Shown here: one piece after another, positions 14,975 through 23,369 of the stretch | How the letters are laid out: every line of letters begins with the position of its first letter | Position numbering within the stretch: the stretch's first letter is position 1 | DNA from: a virus | Lineage: Duplodnaviria; Caudoviricetes | IMG/VR virus record: IMGVR_UViG_3300044898_000026 | Coordinates: 1-31,106 of that record | Direction: 5' to 3' (one strand) | Length of the DNA stretch: 31,106 bases | Made by a program: the position numbers and the translations under genes | The notes under the pieces: generated by a model | What the model saw: the letters and a program-made list of their open reading frames with translations, nothing else | Database searches by the model: none | Told to the model about the DNA's origin: nothing

Positions 14975-15810
14975 CACGCCACCACCGGCGCTGCCTGGAT
15001 CAACTCCAGTAGCTTTTTGGCCATTAATACATACGCCGAGTCCGCCGCCGAGTCCGCCGCCGAGTACGCCGAGTACGCCGAGTACGCCGAGTACGCCGAG
15101 TACGCCGCCGAGCGCGCCGCCGAGTACGCCGCCGAGTACGCCGAGTACGCCGAGTACGCCGAGTACGCCGAGTACGCCGCCGAGCGCGCCGAGCGCGCCG
15201 AGTACGCCGCCGAGCGCGCCGAGTACGCCGAGTACGCCGAGTCCGCCGAGCGCGCCGAGTCCGCCGAGTACGCCGCCGAGTCCGCCGAGCGCGCCGAGTC
15301 CGCCGAGTCCGCCGAGTACGCCGAGTACGCCGCCGAGCGCGCCGAGTCCGCCGCCGAGCGCGCCGAGTCCGCCAGTTGTGCGTTTACCGGCTCGCCCTTG
15401 GTCAAAGGCACCAGCACGTCGGCGCACTGTTTCACCGCGTCGCGTACAAGCGGATGATTGATGCCGGGATTGACCTTTTCATCGGTCAAGAGCCAATACA
15501 GGAACTGCCAACCGACGCGCGATAAATCCGCACCGGGTTTAACAGCCGACATGAACTGCAGCGGCCATTCTTTTGCCTTTCCGTTCGGAAGGCCCTCGAA
15601 AATCGTATCTTCCAAACGCGCCAGCATTTGCGGAATGCCGAAGCGCGTCTCGTATTCTGCGTGCTCGCCACTGTGGATCGTGCAACCGACCGCGCAGCCT
15701 TTTCCGTCTTGCCAATACATGCCTTTTACGAACGCATCGGCATTGGCGTGCCGACGCAACTGCGCCATGACGGTGCGCTTGGAGACAGTGGTGTCACGAA
15801 AGGCGAGCAT
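14974..15810 (-). CDS. Phage protein with conserved N-domain and long Ser-Ala-(Tyr/Asp/Arg) repeat
   Basis: AGGAG SD after a promoter. N-domain YWQDGKGCAVGC..H...GIP..LARLED.IFEGL, about 110 aa of SAY/SAD/SAR/SAAY, then a short C-terminal helix. Confidence 0.85.
   Translation of the reverse strand: MLAFRDTTVSKRTVMAQLRRHANADAFVKGMYWQDGKGCAVGCTIHSGEHAEYETRFGIPQMLARLEDTIFEGLPNGKAKEWPLQFMSAVKPGADLSRVGWQFLYWLLTDEKVNPGINHPLVRDAVKQCADVLVPLTKGEPVNAQLADSARSAADSARSAAYSAYSADSADSARSADSAAYSADSARSADSAYSAYSARSAAYSARSARSAAYSAYSAYSAYSAYSAAYSAARSAAYSAYSAYSAYSAYSAADSAADSAYVLMAKKLLELIQAAPVVA
15033..15373. repeat. Coding tandem repeat of 9/12-bp units (GCCGAGTAC / GCCGAGTCC / GCCGAGCGC, with optional GCC)
   Basis: Directly visible, more than 30 units. 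Confidence 0.97.
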
Positions 15811-15833
15811 GGTTCGCTCCTAGTTGTGGGTGG

Positions 15834-15862
15834 TGTTTGTCACATCTTGCGCATACTGTCAA
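15834..15862 (-). promoter_or_regulatory. Promoter of the TTGACA-N13-GTGACA class
   Basis: TTGACA gtatgcgcaagat GTGACA aaca. Confidence 0.6.
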
Positions 15863-15867
15863 CAACT

Positions 15868-16023
15868 CTATTCGCGAACGCAATCCCGCAACGACCCCTC
15901 GCCGCCGTACACGGTCCTACAAGCTTGCGGCGATCCGCACTCACGGCACGTTTCGTCCTCGACGTCGTTGTAAGAGCTGCAATCGTCGCATTCCCATTCG
16001 TTACTGGTGGGGGCGCGGTCCAT
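15868..16023 (-). CDS. RanBP2/NZF-type zinc finger protein (51 aa)
   Basis: WECDDCSSYNDVEDETCRECGSP fits W-x-C-x2-C-x3-N-x6-C-x2-C exactly. GGAGG SD. Not in the ORF track. Confidence 0.75.
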   Translation of the reverse strand: MDRAPTSNEWECDDCSSYNDVEDETCRECGSPQACRTVYGGEGSLRDCVRE

Positions 16024-16026
16024 GGC

Positions 16027-16263
16027 CTATTTGCCTCCATCATACGCGCGCCGGTACACCGTGCGCGCTTGCGTCAAGTGGTACAGCACGGACGCTTGGT
16101 CGTCCGCGTCCGGCAGTGGCGTCAGTTCGACGTTGCTGATTATGTGGCGCACACGTTCCAACTGTTCGTAAATGCGCGCCTTCTCGGGACTGTCCGGCGG
16201 CAAGGGCGCACCAGCATCACGCGCAAGGCGTAAGTCGGATCGCGTCGGCTTAGGACGTTTCAT
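16027..16263 (-). CDS. Hypothetical protein
   Basis: MKRPKPTRSDLRLARDAG.... ATGA overlap. Confidence 0.65.
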   Translation of the reverse strand: MKRPKPTRSDLRLARDAGAPLPPDSPEKARIYEQLERVRHIISNVELTPLPDADDQASVLYHLTQARTVYRRAYDGGK

Positions 16264-16475
16264 GATTGCACCTGAAACAGCGGCAGCGCGACGTCGGCAA
16301 GCGAGCGCATCTTGCCATCGAGCGAAACGAAATTCACCCGCATGTCTTTGCGCGCTTCGTCGCTGTTCCATTTTGCAGCGATCCGCACCGCGTCGTTCAT
16401 ATCGACGACGTCGAATTTCGCCACTACCCGGCTGTGCTGCGTGCCGAAGGTGTTGAAGGCGGTTGCGGTGGTCAT
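16260..16475 (-). CDS. Hypothetical protein
   Basis: GGGAG SD. First gene after the promoter at 16530. Confidence 0.7.
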   Translation of the reverse strand: MTTATAFNTFGTQHSRVVAKFDVVDMNDAVRIAAKWNSDEARKDMRVNFVSLDGKMRSLADVALPLFQVQS

Positions 16476-16502
16476 CTGCGTATCTCCCGTTTCGGTAACG
16501 CC

Positions 16503-16530
16503 ACATTAGCACTCCTCCGCATACTGTCAA
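16503..16530 (-). promoter_or_regulatory. sigma70-type promoter
   Basis: TTGACA gtatgcg..., 16 nt, (GC)TAATGT. Confidence 0.75.
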
Positions 16531-16614
16531 CAACTAAGTGAACAGTTATCTTAGCCGAGACCGTGGCAGAATGTCGCAGTATGGGGCTGCCTCCGAGGTG
16601 TCAACGCATAAGTG

Positions 16615-16905
16615 TTGTTGTTTGGACGTTTTACGCCGATCGGGACCGTCTGGCGCAGCCAAAACGTCCACCTAAAATGCTATATTTTCCAGTGCTTTGG
16701 ACGTCTAGAACACGAAACACATGATTCTATGTATAAGTTATCTGCTCGAGTAATAGTCATGTAAATAGTCGTTACATTGCGCCAAAAGTAAACAATAGGG
16801 AATCACGTGTCCAAAACGTCCTTTGCGTCCAAAGCATTGATTTTGCAATTGAATTTGGCAACGCCCAAAACGTCCCTTCAAATACGTGTTGACAGACGTT
16901 TTAGC
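16615..16905. other. Putative replication origin (iterons around an AT-rich core)
   Basis: Non-coding and AT-rich. Repeated (CC)AAAACGTCC / GGACG units in both orientations at 16623, 16659, 16696, 16811, 16826, 16865 and 16895. Downstream of the primase-helicase operon. Confidence 0.65.
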
Positions 16906-17640
16906 TTAAAAATAACAAACCGCCCCAGTGTGGAGCGGTTGTGTCAACTGATAATCGCTGCCAACTAGGCGGAACGCTGCGGCATGCACCGCTGCAAATC
17001 GCTCCCCGAGCCACCGGAATTTCGGCACGGCCCAACTGTTGCCGAGTGCCTTGTAGCGCGGTCCGTCTGCTTTGTGGCCGGGGAGTTGGGTGTAATCGGG
17101 ACTCCAAAACCTATTGGAAGCGTCTGCCCACGCGCCGGGATAGGTTGGGTCGACGAGGAATTGGAACCCCATTAGTCTTTCACATTCGCGAGGCGTGAGG
17201 CGACGAACTGCACTGGTCAACAGCACATGCGGCTTGTCGCCCCCGCCTTGGGATGCGCGCAGCGCAGTCGATTCAGCCGTACCGCCGCCTTCCCGGCCGC
17301 GCAGGGCGACGGTTTGGACAATCGCAGGCATCACGCCCGCATTCGCATGACTGCCCGTGTGCCCGAGGGTAGGAGACAGCTCGACCGATGCGTCCGCACC
17401 GTAATCTTTGGCGGAGAACGCAATAACGCCGGGATCGCCGTTGCGCGTGGTGAGCGGCATTGCCAGTTCGTGTGCAAAAATCGGGTCGCTACCGAGGCAC
17501 ACGGAATGCACCCAGCCGATCGGCTTCCACGCCACCGATGCAGCTTCGATGCCGCTGCACACTGACAAGAATCGCGTAGGGCGGGCAAAGGTGCCTGTGC
17601 CAATTACGAAAGAGCCGCGTCGCAGGGTAAAGGCGGTCAT
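16906..17640 (-). pseudogene. Internally deleted C5-cytosine DNA methyltransferase (ORF intact, catalytic core missing)
   Basis: Motif I FLSVCSGIEAASVAW, motif IX VRRLTPRECERLMGF and motif X RYKALGNSWAVP are present. No PC (IV) or ENV (VI) motif. Confidence 0.75.
16908..16941 (-). terminator. Rho-independent terminator
   Basis: Minus strand AACCGCTCCA-cac-TGGGGCGGTT followed by TGTTATTTTT. Confidence 0.65.
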
Positions 17641-20279
17641 ATCGGCGGCAGCCGCGACAACGCACCCGGAGCCGCCACGGCCGCCACGGCCACGGCGCGC
17701 ATGCGCATTTCAACGCGCCCGTTGACGTGTGTCTGCACCGGCTCCAGTCGCACGCAATCTGCCAACGCGTTCGAAATGTGCTTGACCCATACGCGACACT
17801 TGCGGCCGTCGCTCGGCACGACCAGGCTTTCTGATCGCCAGCCTAATTTGTCGAGAAAGCCAGAATAGCGACCCGCCTGCCCTGCCATCTTGATTCCGCG
17901 TCCGATATCTTCTGCGGTAACAAAAAAGCCTTGTTCTTCCGTAGTCGACCGATCGAACCAGTCGTGACATAGTTCCTCTACCGGCGTCATGGCGCGCGCG
18001 GCTTCCTGGTGTTTGCCGGCGAGTGCCCAAATCTCTCGCGGAAGAGCAAACGATTCGCCTGCAGCCTCGCGCGCCGCGCACTCTCCAATCACTTGCCGGA
18101 TGTTCGCGCGTAGCCACTCCGTATTGACTTCTCCGAGCACATGCACGGGTAGGAATCTCCTGCCGCCAGTTGCGTCGATAAGAGGGCGCTTGTCATTGCT
18201 GGTGCCGATAAACACACAGCGGCGCGGATGATCGGTGGCGAATGCCTGATACTTTTTCGTGTAATTGTCCGTTGTGGCGGACATGAAATTTTTGATTTCT
18301 TCGACGGCCGACTTGTTCATGCCGGCCAACTCGGATAGTTCGATTACCCATTTTCCCGCCATTTGCGGAATCGTGTTTTGTTGCGAACCACCAAATCGCA
18401 GCGAATCGGTGTGCCACTCGGGCTCAAGAGCTAAAATTTTGCACAGGGTCGACTTGCCCGTGCCCTGCGTGGGGCTGATAAAAATAACCGTTTCGGCCTG
18501 TTCGCAGCCGGGATGCCGTGCACGTCGAACCATGCCGCCGATAAGATTGCGACCCACGGCGGTATGATACGCGTCCGGCGCTACGCCAACCGCCCGCGAC
18601 AGCCAACGGTCAAGACGGGGTACCTGGTCCCACGCGGCTTGCAACGCGTCCATGCGCTCGCGCAATGGATCGTGCAGATTGGCGGACGCTGCGTACTCAA
18701 TGCCACGACGAAAGCGACCCTCGGACGGGTGGTAGTTGAACTGACTATTTTCCGCTTCGTTCAACAGGCCGTTCGCGATCCGGTCGGTGAGTTGCAAATA
18801 CGCGTCCTTATCCGCGTCCGACACTTCGATTTGATCTTTCCAGGTATTGAGGCGAAATTTGACGCCGCGTTGCCTCAAAAACACATGGACGTTGTCGCTG
18901 TTTTCCGGCGACGGCTCGCCTCTATTATTGAGTACGAACCCGGCTGCGGTGCGAATCTCCGCACGCACTTTTCCTTCGAAACTCTTGATTGCGGAGTCGA
19001 GTTGACCGGGCGATATCACACCGCCGAGGGCAGAAATGCGCTGGCAAAGATGCTCGCAAACGGTCGGGTGTACCGAGGACAAAACAGCGATAGCAGGCAG
19101 CACGCGGCTTTGCCGAAAGCCCTTCGATCCGCCTTCCGCCATCGCAAAAATGCGATCTATGGCGAGTAGCAGTTGATCGTATAGTGGGTGGTTAGACAGT
19201 TCCGCGGGCAACGTCGGATGGTCGGCGGATAAGGGACGAAAGGGCGCATCGGTCGTGCCGGCGAGGAAGTTGTCTAATATCGGTTGCCCAAGTGCCGCAA
19301 TGACTTTTTGAGTGTCAGCAAGCGGCATAGCCGAACTGGACAACGTGGCGCCCGACCCGGTAGCTAATGCTTGAACGGTCGCGGCGGATCCCGTGGCGAT
19401 CGCGAACATGGCGCCAATTGTCGTTCCAATATTACCCTTCCACCCTACGTTATGGGCGCGTTTCATCCATGTGTTTAACGTCTGCACGCCTGCCGCTGGC
19501 TCGCTGGCGAAGCTGTTCCATTTCGCATCCGCGACATCGTCCGTCACGGTGCCATCGTGCGTGAGGCCCCACAAATCGAATCCGGCATCGCCGAATTCCA
19601 ACTTAAGCGCCATGCCAACGCTGATCCAATCTTCGTAGCTGGAAAAGGCGTCACGCTCGACGAGCCACTTTATCATTGTCGCGGTGTCGTTGATATCGCG
19701 CGAACCGGGACGTGCGCTGGTGCCGGGACGCGGTGCGCGGCGCGTGCAATGTTCGACAAGCGCGGCGGGTGCGGGGTGCGGCGGTGTATCGGATAGCAAC
19801 AAGTAAGGGCGCGGCACCCCTTCCTCGACATAAGTGCTGCCAGCCGCGACCACGAAGCCAATGCAGCGGATATTGATTACGCCTTTGATCGCGTCGGGCT
19901 GTCTTAGATTGGCGGCATCCACGCCCGGCGGCACGGTGCACAGCACGTGCCACCCGCCGCGAGCTGATTGGCAATAGGGCGCGAGCGGACCGGGCAAGCC
20001 CCACTCTTGGCAGAGGTCGCACCACGCGGCCCACGCGGCGTCCCTGTTCGTTTTGGTAACGTCGATATCAATTACGATAAGGTTGGACGCAAATGCCACG
20101 AGTCCGAAATTGCAGTGGTGCGCGGCGTACCATCGTTGCCACTGTTCGGGATCCTTGGAATGGTCAAGTTTCCAAGAGCCGACTATGCCGCCGGGAGATT
20201 TTTGCCCGGCTGGTATAGGGAAAAGCGCAGCGCCAATGCGCGCGTAAAAGGCAAGTGGGTCGAGGGTGGTAGTGGTCAT
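17637..20279 (-). CDS. Bifunctional primase-polymerase / PriCT-2 / VirE (VapE)-type helicase
   Basis: N-terminal FPI..GQKSP, NFG, VIDID, SARGGWH. PriCT-2 YEDWISVGMALK...KWNSF. Helicase QGTGKST, WVIELSEL, YQAFATDHPRRCVFIGTSN, GGRRF. Confidence 0.93.
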   Translation of the reverse strand: MTTTTLDPLAFYARIGAALFPIPAGQKSPGGIVGSWKLDHSKDPEQWQRWYAAHHCNFGLVAFASNLIVIDIDVTKTNRDAAWAAWCDLCQEWGLPGPLAPYCQSARGGWHVLCTVPPGVDAANLRQPDAIKGVINIRCIGFVVAAGSTYVEEGVPRPYLLLSDTPPHPAPAALVEHCTRRAPRPGTSARPGSRDINDTATMIKWLVERDAFSSYEDWISVGMALKLEFGDAGFDLWGLTHDGTVTDDVADAKWNSFASEPAAGVQTLNTWMKRAHNVGWKGNIGTTIGAMFAIATGSAATVQALATGSGATLSSSAMPLADTQKVIAALGQPILDNFLAGTTDAPFRPLSADHPTLPAELSNHPLYDQLLLAIDRIFAMAEGGSKGFRQSRVLPAIAVLSSVHPTVCEHLCQRISALGGVISPGQLDSAIKSFEGKVRAEIRTAAGFVLNNRGEPSPENSDNVHVFLRQRGVKFRLNTWKDQIEVSDADKDAYLQLTDRIANGLLNEAENSQFNYHPSEGRFRRGIEYAASANLHDPLRERMDALQAAWDQVPRLDRWLSRAVGVAPDAYHTAVGRNLIGGMVRRARHPGCEQAETVIFISPTQGTGKSTLCKILALEPEWHTDSLRFGGSQQNTIPQMAGKWVIELSELAGMNKSAVEEIKNFMSATTDNYTKKYQAFATDHPRRCVFIGTSNDKRPLIDATGGRRFLPVHVLGEVNTEWLRANIRQVIGECAAREAAGESFALPREIWALAGKHQEAARAMTPVEELCHDWFDRSTTEEQGFFVTAEDIGRGIKMAGQAGRYSGFLDKLGWRSESLVVPSDGRKCRVWVKHISNALADCVRLEPVQTHVNGRVEMRMRAVAVAAVAAPGALSRLPPI

Positions 20280-21328
20280 ACGGGCGCCAACGGGGGTGAC
20301 GTGATATGCTCGCCGCCCAAGATGCCATCGGCCAAGGGGCGCAGCCCGAGACGCTCTGCCGCAATAGCCCCGTACTCGGGATTAAGTTCGATACCGAGAC
20401 AGGAACGACCAAGCGACGCGGCGACTAAGCCAGTGGTGCCGGCACCGAAAAAGGGGTCGAGGACAAGCCCAAGCGGCGGACAACCGGCGAGGATGCACGG
20501 ACGAATCAGGTCGGGCGGAAACGTGGCAAAGTGTGCACCGGAAAAGGGCTTGGGCGTGACGGTCCAGACGGAACGAGGTTGTCGCAATGGCGAGACGCCG
20601 CAGTTAGCCGTCGCACTCGCATACCTTTCGTTAAATCCGGTATATGTGCGATTTCCGACAGCGTCTTGTTTGCGTTCGGATGCGATACGGCCTTGGTCCT
20701 CGACACTCACACCGTTCGCGCGACGTCGCTGTTGCACGTCGCTCTTAGATGGCTCTTTAATCGCTTCCATGTCGTAATAATACCGACTGGACTTCGCGAA
20801 CATATAGAGCATTTCGTGCGCCGGCGTGGTGCGATCCGTAACCGAGACGGGCATCGGGTTTGGCTTGTGCCATATGATTTCGTCGCGCAGCCACCAGCCA
20901 TCGGCTTGCATGGCGAGGGCGACGCGCGCGGGAATCATGAGTCGCTGTTTGTTGGCTAGTCCGAACGACTTAGAGAATACGCGAATTTCGTTGTCTACCG
21001 TGCCGCGCGAACTTGATTGTTTTGGCCACTTTGTCGGATCAACTCGATCGGAGGGGCCTGCCGCATACGAATCACCCAAATTCAGCCACAGCGTCCCGTC
21101 GCCCCTTAAGACCCTTCGGCATTCACGAAACACCGCGACCAGCTCCGCCACATACGCGTCGGGCGTGGCTTCCGCGCCTACTTCCAAGTGCTTGTCGGGA
21201 TGGCCATCGGGCAAATATGCGCGCAACCCAAAATAGGGCGGACTGGTCACGACGCAATGCACGGACTCGCTCGGTATCTGGCGTAATCGGTCGCGCACGT
21301 CGCCGAGTAGGATAAGCGTTGTGCTCAC
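20276..21328 (-). CDS. Beta-class N4-cytosine (or N6-adenine) DNA methyltransferase
   Basis: VTSPPY, RVLRGDGTLWLNLGDSY, IIWHKPNPMP, HFATFPP, LDPFFGAGTT, GIELNPEY. Confidence 0.95.
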   Translation of the reverse strand: MSTTLILLGDVRDRLRQIPSESVHCVVTSPPYFGLRAYLPDGHPDKHLEVGAEATPDAYVAELVAVFRECRRVLRGDGTLWLNLGDSYAAGPSDRVDPTKWPKQSSSRGTVDNEIRVFSKSFGLANKQRLMIPARVALAMQADGWWLRDEIIWHKPNPMPVSVTDRTTPAHEMLYMFAKSSRYYYDMEAIKEPSKSDVQQRRRANGVSVEDQGRIASERKQDAVGNRTYTGFNERYASATANCGVSPLRQPRSVWTVTPKPFSGAHFATFPPDLIRPCILAGCPPLGLVLDPFFGAGTTGLVAASLGRSCLGIELNPEYGAIAAERLGLRPLADGILGGEHITSPPLAPV

Positions 21329-21399
21329 GCCGCGCCTACTACGCGCACAGGGTCAATCGTGCTTCCGGTGGCGACAGTAGGTTGGGGCTGGTGGGGCAT
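21325..21399 (-). CDS. Possible 24-aa leader ORF coupled to the methyltransferase
   Basis: MPHQPQPTVATGSTIDPVRVVGAA. ATG 10 nt after the -10. Stop overlaps the MTase GTG. Confidence 0.4.
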   Translation of the reverse strand: MPHQPQPTVATGSTIDPVRVVGAA

Positions 21400-21409
21400 C
21401 GGTCGCGCC

Positions 21410-21457
21410 ACAGTGCAACAAGCGGCGTGATTTGTCAACAAATCTGCAAACTGTCAA
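21410..21457 (-). promoter_or_regulatory. Tandem TTGACA-N13-TTGACA promoter/operator heading the MTase-primase operon
   Basis: TTGACA at 21457-21452 and 21438-21433. CACTGT 17 nt after the second. Confidence 0.6.
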
Positions 21458-21535
21458 CATGAATGCTAGGGAAAGCGCGCCTAGCGTGGCGCGGTACCTA
21501 CACTTGGAAATCGTTACGTCTCCGAAACAAAACGC

Positions 21536-21955
21536 TTATGGTTTCCAACGTACCCCGTCGCGGTCCAGCTCTTTCAGGAGTCGCGCGTGCAATCCGGCAG
21601 TCGGGTCGATTCCCTTCGCCGCAAGCGTGTGGATGGTGCGGGCACGTTCGCGAGCGCGGTCAACGGTCGTATCAGGATAGTGTCCCATCAAAATATAAGG
21701 GCGGCTGCCGTCCTCAGACAAGTACTGGACGTGAAATGAAATGGCGCCCGTATTTCGGATGATTGCGCGCAGTCCCGTTGTCCGATCGTCCGACACAACG
21801 ACGCGATCGAGCGGAATGCGACCGGACTTCAAATCGTCGGCGAGGGCTTCAAACACTTTCCCGTCAAAGCGTTTTCTTACCTCGCGGCCTTTGTCCGACG
21901 CAATGCCGCGACGAGCTGAAACATGCTTGGGAGTGTTAGTTCGTACTGCATTCAT
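21536..21955 (-). CDS. Stand-alone integrase arm-type DNA-binding domain protein (Arm-DNA-bind_3/DUF4102-like)
   Basis: SDDRTTGLRAII..TGAISF..QY...G....LMGHYPDTTVDRARERA....AKGIDP, then stop. No core-binding or catalytic domain. Confidence 0.8.
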   Translation of the reverse strand: MNAVRTNTPKHVSARRGIASDKGREVRKRFDGKVFEALADDLKSGRIPLDRVVVSDDRTTGLRAIIRNTGAISFHVQYLSEDGSRPYILMGHYPDTTVDRARERARTIHTLAAKGIDPTAGLHARLLKELDRDGVRWKP

Positions 21956-21966
21956 GTTTACACCAA

Positions 21967-22161
21967 TCACCTCTTTAGTGGCGCGACTCGGCGCCGGTTG
22001 ATACCTATGTTGCGCGTGGCCCCTTTCACAGCGGCCGGCTTAAGCTTCTTACCCCCAGTCCCACCACCACCACAGGAACAAAGTTTGGTATCTTGCATTT
22101 TCTTGTTGACAGTTAGCGGCGCGCGGGATAGTAAACATAAACCGCATACGCTTTCACACAT
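21967..22161 (-). CDS. Possible leaderless small Cys/Gly/basic protein
   Basis: ATG 6 nt after the leftward -10. Stop overlaps the GTG at 21970 of the next ORF. Confidence 0.35.
   Translation of the reverse strand: MCESVCGLCLLSRAPLTVNKKMQDTKLCSCGGGGTGGKKLKPAAVKGATRNIGINRRRVAPLKR
22106..22134 (+). promoter_or_regulatory. Rightward promoter of the replication arm
   Basis: TTGACA, 17 nt, TAGTAA. Confidence 0.65.
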
Positions 22162-22167
22162 GAGGGT

Positions 22168-22195
22168 ACAATATGACGTTCCGCTTTACTGTCAA
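22168..22195 (-). promoter_or_regulatory. Leftward promoter facing the rightward one
   Basis: TTGACA (22195-22190), 16 nt, TATTGT (22173-22168). Confidence 0.55.
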
Positions 22196-22874
22196 GCAAA
22201 ATCCGCTTGAATTGGAATTCGAGACAGGATCGATCGCCGAAGGGCTGGCGATTCTGTCGGAAGGCTCGACCGAGTTGGGCCAGTTCTTCGAAACCGCCAA
22301 GGCGCTTGCCGGGACGGACGGGACTACGTCGACAGTGCACCTTGCCGTTGACAATACGCGGACAGGCGAAACCGCCGCCCCGACGCGCAAACGGCGCACC
22401 AAGGCCGAAATGGCTGCGGACGCGGCACGTATTGCAGCGGCTACCGCACCCGCGCCGATGCCGGTTCCGGCCGCTCCTGCTCCGCCCACGCCGCCACTGG
22501 TCACAGCCCCGGCGCCCGTTGCGCCCGCGTCTCTCGGCGCCGAGGATCCGGTGTCCGGTATCCCGGAAGGCTTGAAGCGTACGGACGGCATTGTGGCCCC
22601 CGCGTTCGTTGCGCCCCCGCCGCCGCCCCTTGCGGTTGCGCCCCCGGTCGCCCCCGCCAGTCCGCCCGGTGCGGGTCGGCTCGCGCCGCTCGTGCTTGCC
22701 GAAGTGAACAAGCGCGTCGCGGGATCGGCGGACGGCGGCAAGGCGATGGCCGATTGGCTCGCCGATATGGGCATCGTGACCAAGGGCGCGACCTACGCGG
22801 AAGCGGCGGCCGTGCTGCAGTTCTCGACCGATGCGCAGTTGGGCGCGGCGGCGGGATTGTTGGGCGTAGCGTGA
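22173..22874 (+). CDS. Pro/Ala-rich hypothetical protein heading the DUF2800/DUF2815/PolA module
   Basis: GAGGG SD. RKRRTKAEM motif, long Pro-rich linker, small C-terminal helical domain. Confidence 0.85.
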   Translation: MTFRFTVKQNPLELEFETGSIAEGLAILSEGSTELGQFFETAKALAGTDGTTSTVHLAVDNTRTGETAAPTRKRRTKAEMAADAARIAAATAPAPMPVPAAPAPPTPPLVTAPAPVAPASLGAEDPVSGIPEGLKRTDGIVAPAFVAPPPPPLAVAPPVAPASPPGAGRLAPLVLAEVNKRVAGSADGGKAMADWLADMGIVTKGATYAEAAAVLQFSTDAQLGAAAGLLGVA

Positions 22875-22882
22875 GTGGTGTA

Positions 22883-22912
22883 GCGGGGCGGTCTTGGAAG
22901 GGGCCGCTCCGC
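22883..22912 (+). terminator. GC-rich intergenic hairpin (terminator or processing site)
   Basis: GCGGGGCGGTC...GGCCGCTCCGC with a weak U tract (CTTT). Confidence 0.4.
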
Positions 22913-22934
22913 ACTGCTTTAAGGGAGGCGTGAC

Positions 22935-23369
22935 GTGGCGAACGAAACGGTGGACTTGGCATTTTTTGACGGAAAGACGTTCGTCTTGACCGCAGTCGAC
23001 CCGTCGAAAAACTACGGCAAACTGGAATATGCCGACGATGCGAGCGCCGGCATCGCATTTACGCTTGATGGCGTGACGTACGCTGCTGTCGAGGATCCGA
23101 GCGACGGCTACCGATCCTGCTTGGCGCATGTCGCTGTTTTGCCGGCTGACGAGTCGATGGCTACACAAGTTTCGCCGCATAACGTAGCGGGTCGCCACGT
23201 TACGTCCCGCAAATCGTATGGCGACAACATGGAAATATGCGACACGGTCGAACTGGTGGACGCCATTACCGGAAGAATCGTGTTGGCGTTCGGCACAGAT
23301 AACGCAGACGATTATTATCCAAGTTTCGTCGCCGAGTGGCACCCCGAAGCGTTGGCAGCGAACCAATGA
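22935..23369 (+). CDS. Acidic hypothetical protein
   Basis: GGGAGG SD. EDPSDGYRS and GTDNADDYYPSF motifs. Confidence 0.8.
   Translation: MANETVDLAFFDGKTFVLTAVDPSKNYGKLEYADDASAGIAFTLDGVTYAAVEDPSDGYRSCLAHVAVLPADESMATQVSPHNVAGRHVTSRKSYGDNMEICDTVELVDAITGRIVLAFGTDNADDYYPSFVAEWHPEALAANQ

Noticed and set aside
15033-15373. CRISPR array or DGR template/variable repeat
   Set aside because: Units are 9-12 bp with no unique spacers and lie in frame inside a gene. No reverse transcriptase or cas operon is present in the window.
14696-15461. Alternative ORFs across the repeat (GVL-, PST- and AEY-repeat proteins)
   Set aside because: By-products of a stop-free repeat. Only the 15810 frame has an SD, a promoter and a complex N-terminal domain.
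15840-16043. 67-aa ORF from the supplied track
   Set aside because: It runs through the downstream promoter. The overlapping frame 15868-16023 has an SD and a zinc-finger signature.
21536-21955. Functional integrase / prophage boundary
   Set aside because: No catalytic R-H-R-Y domain, no att-like repeat and no host genes in the window.
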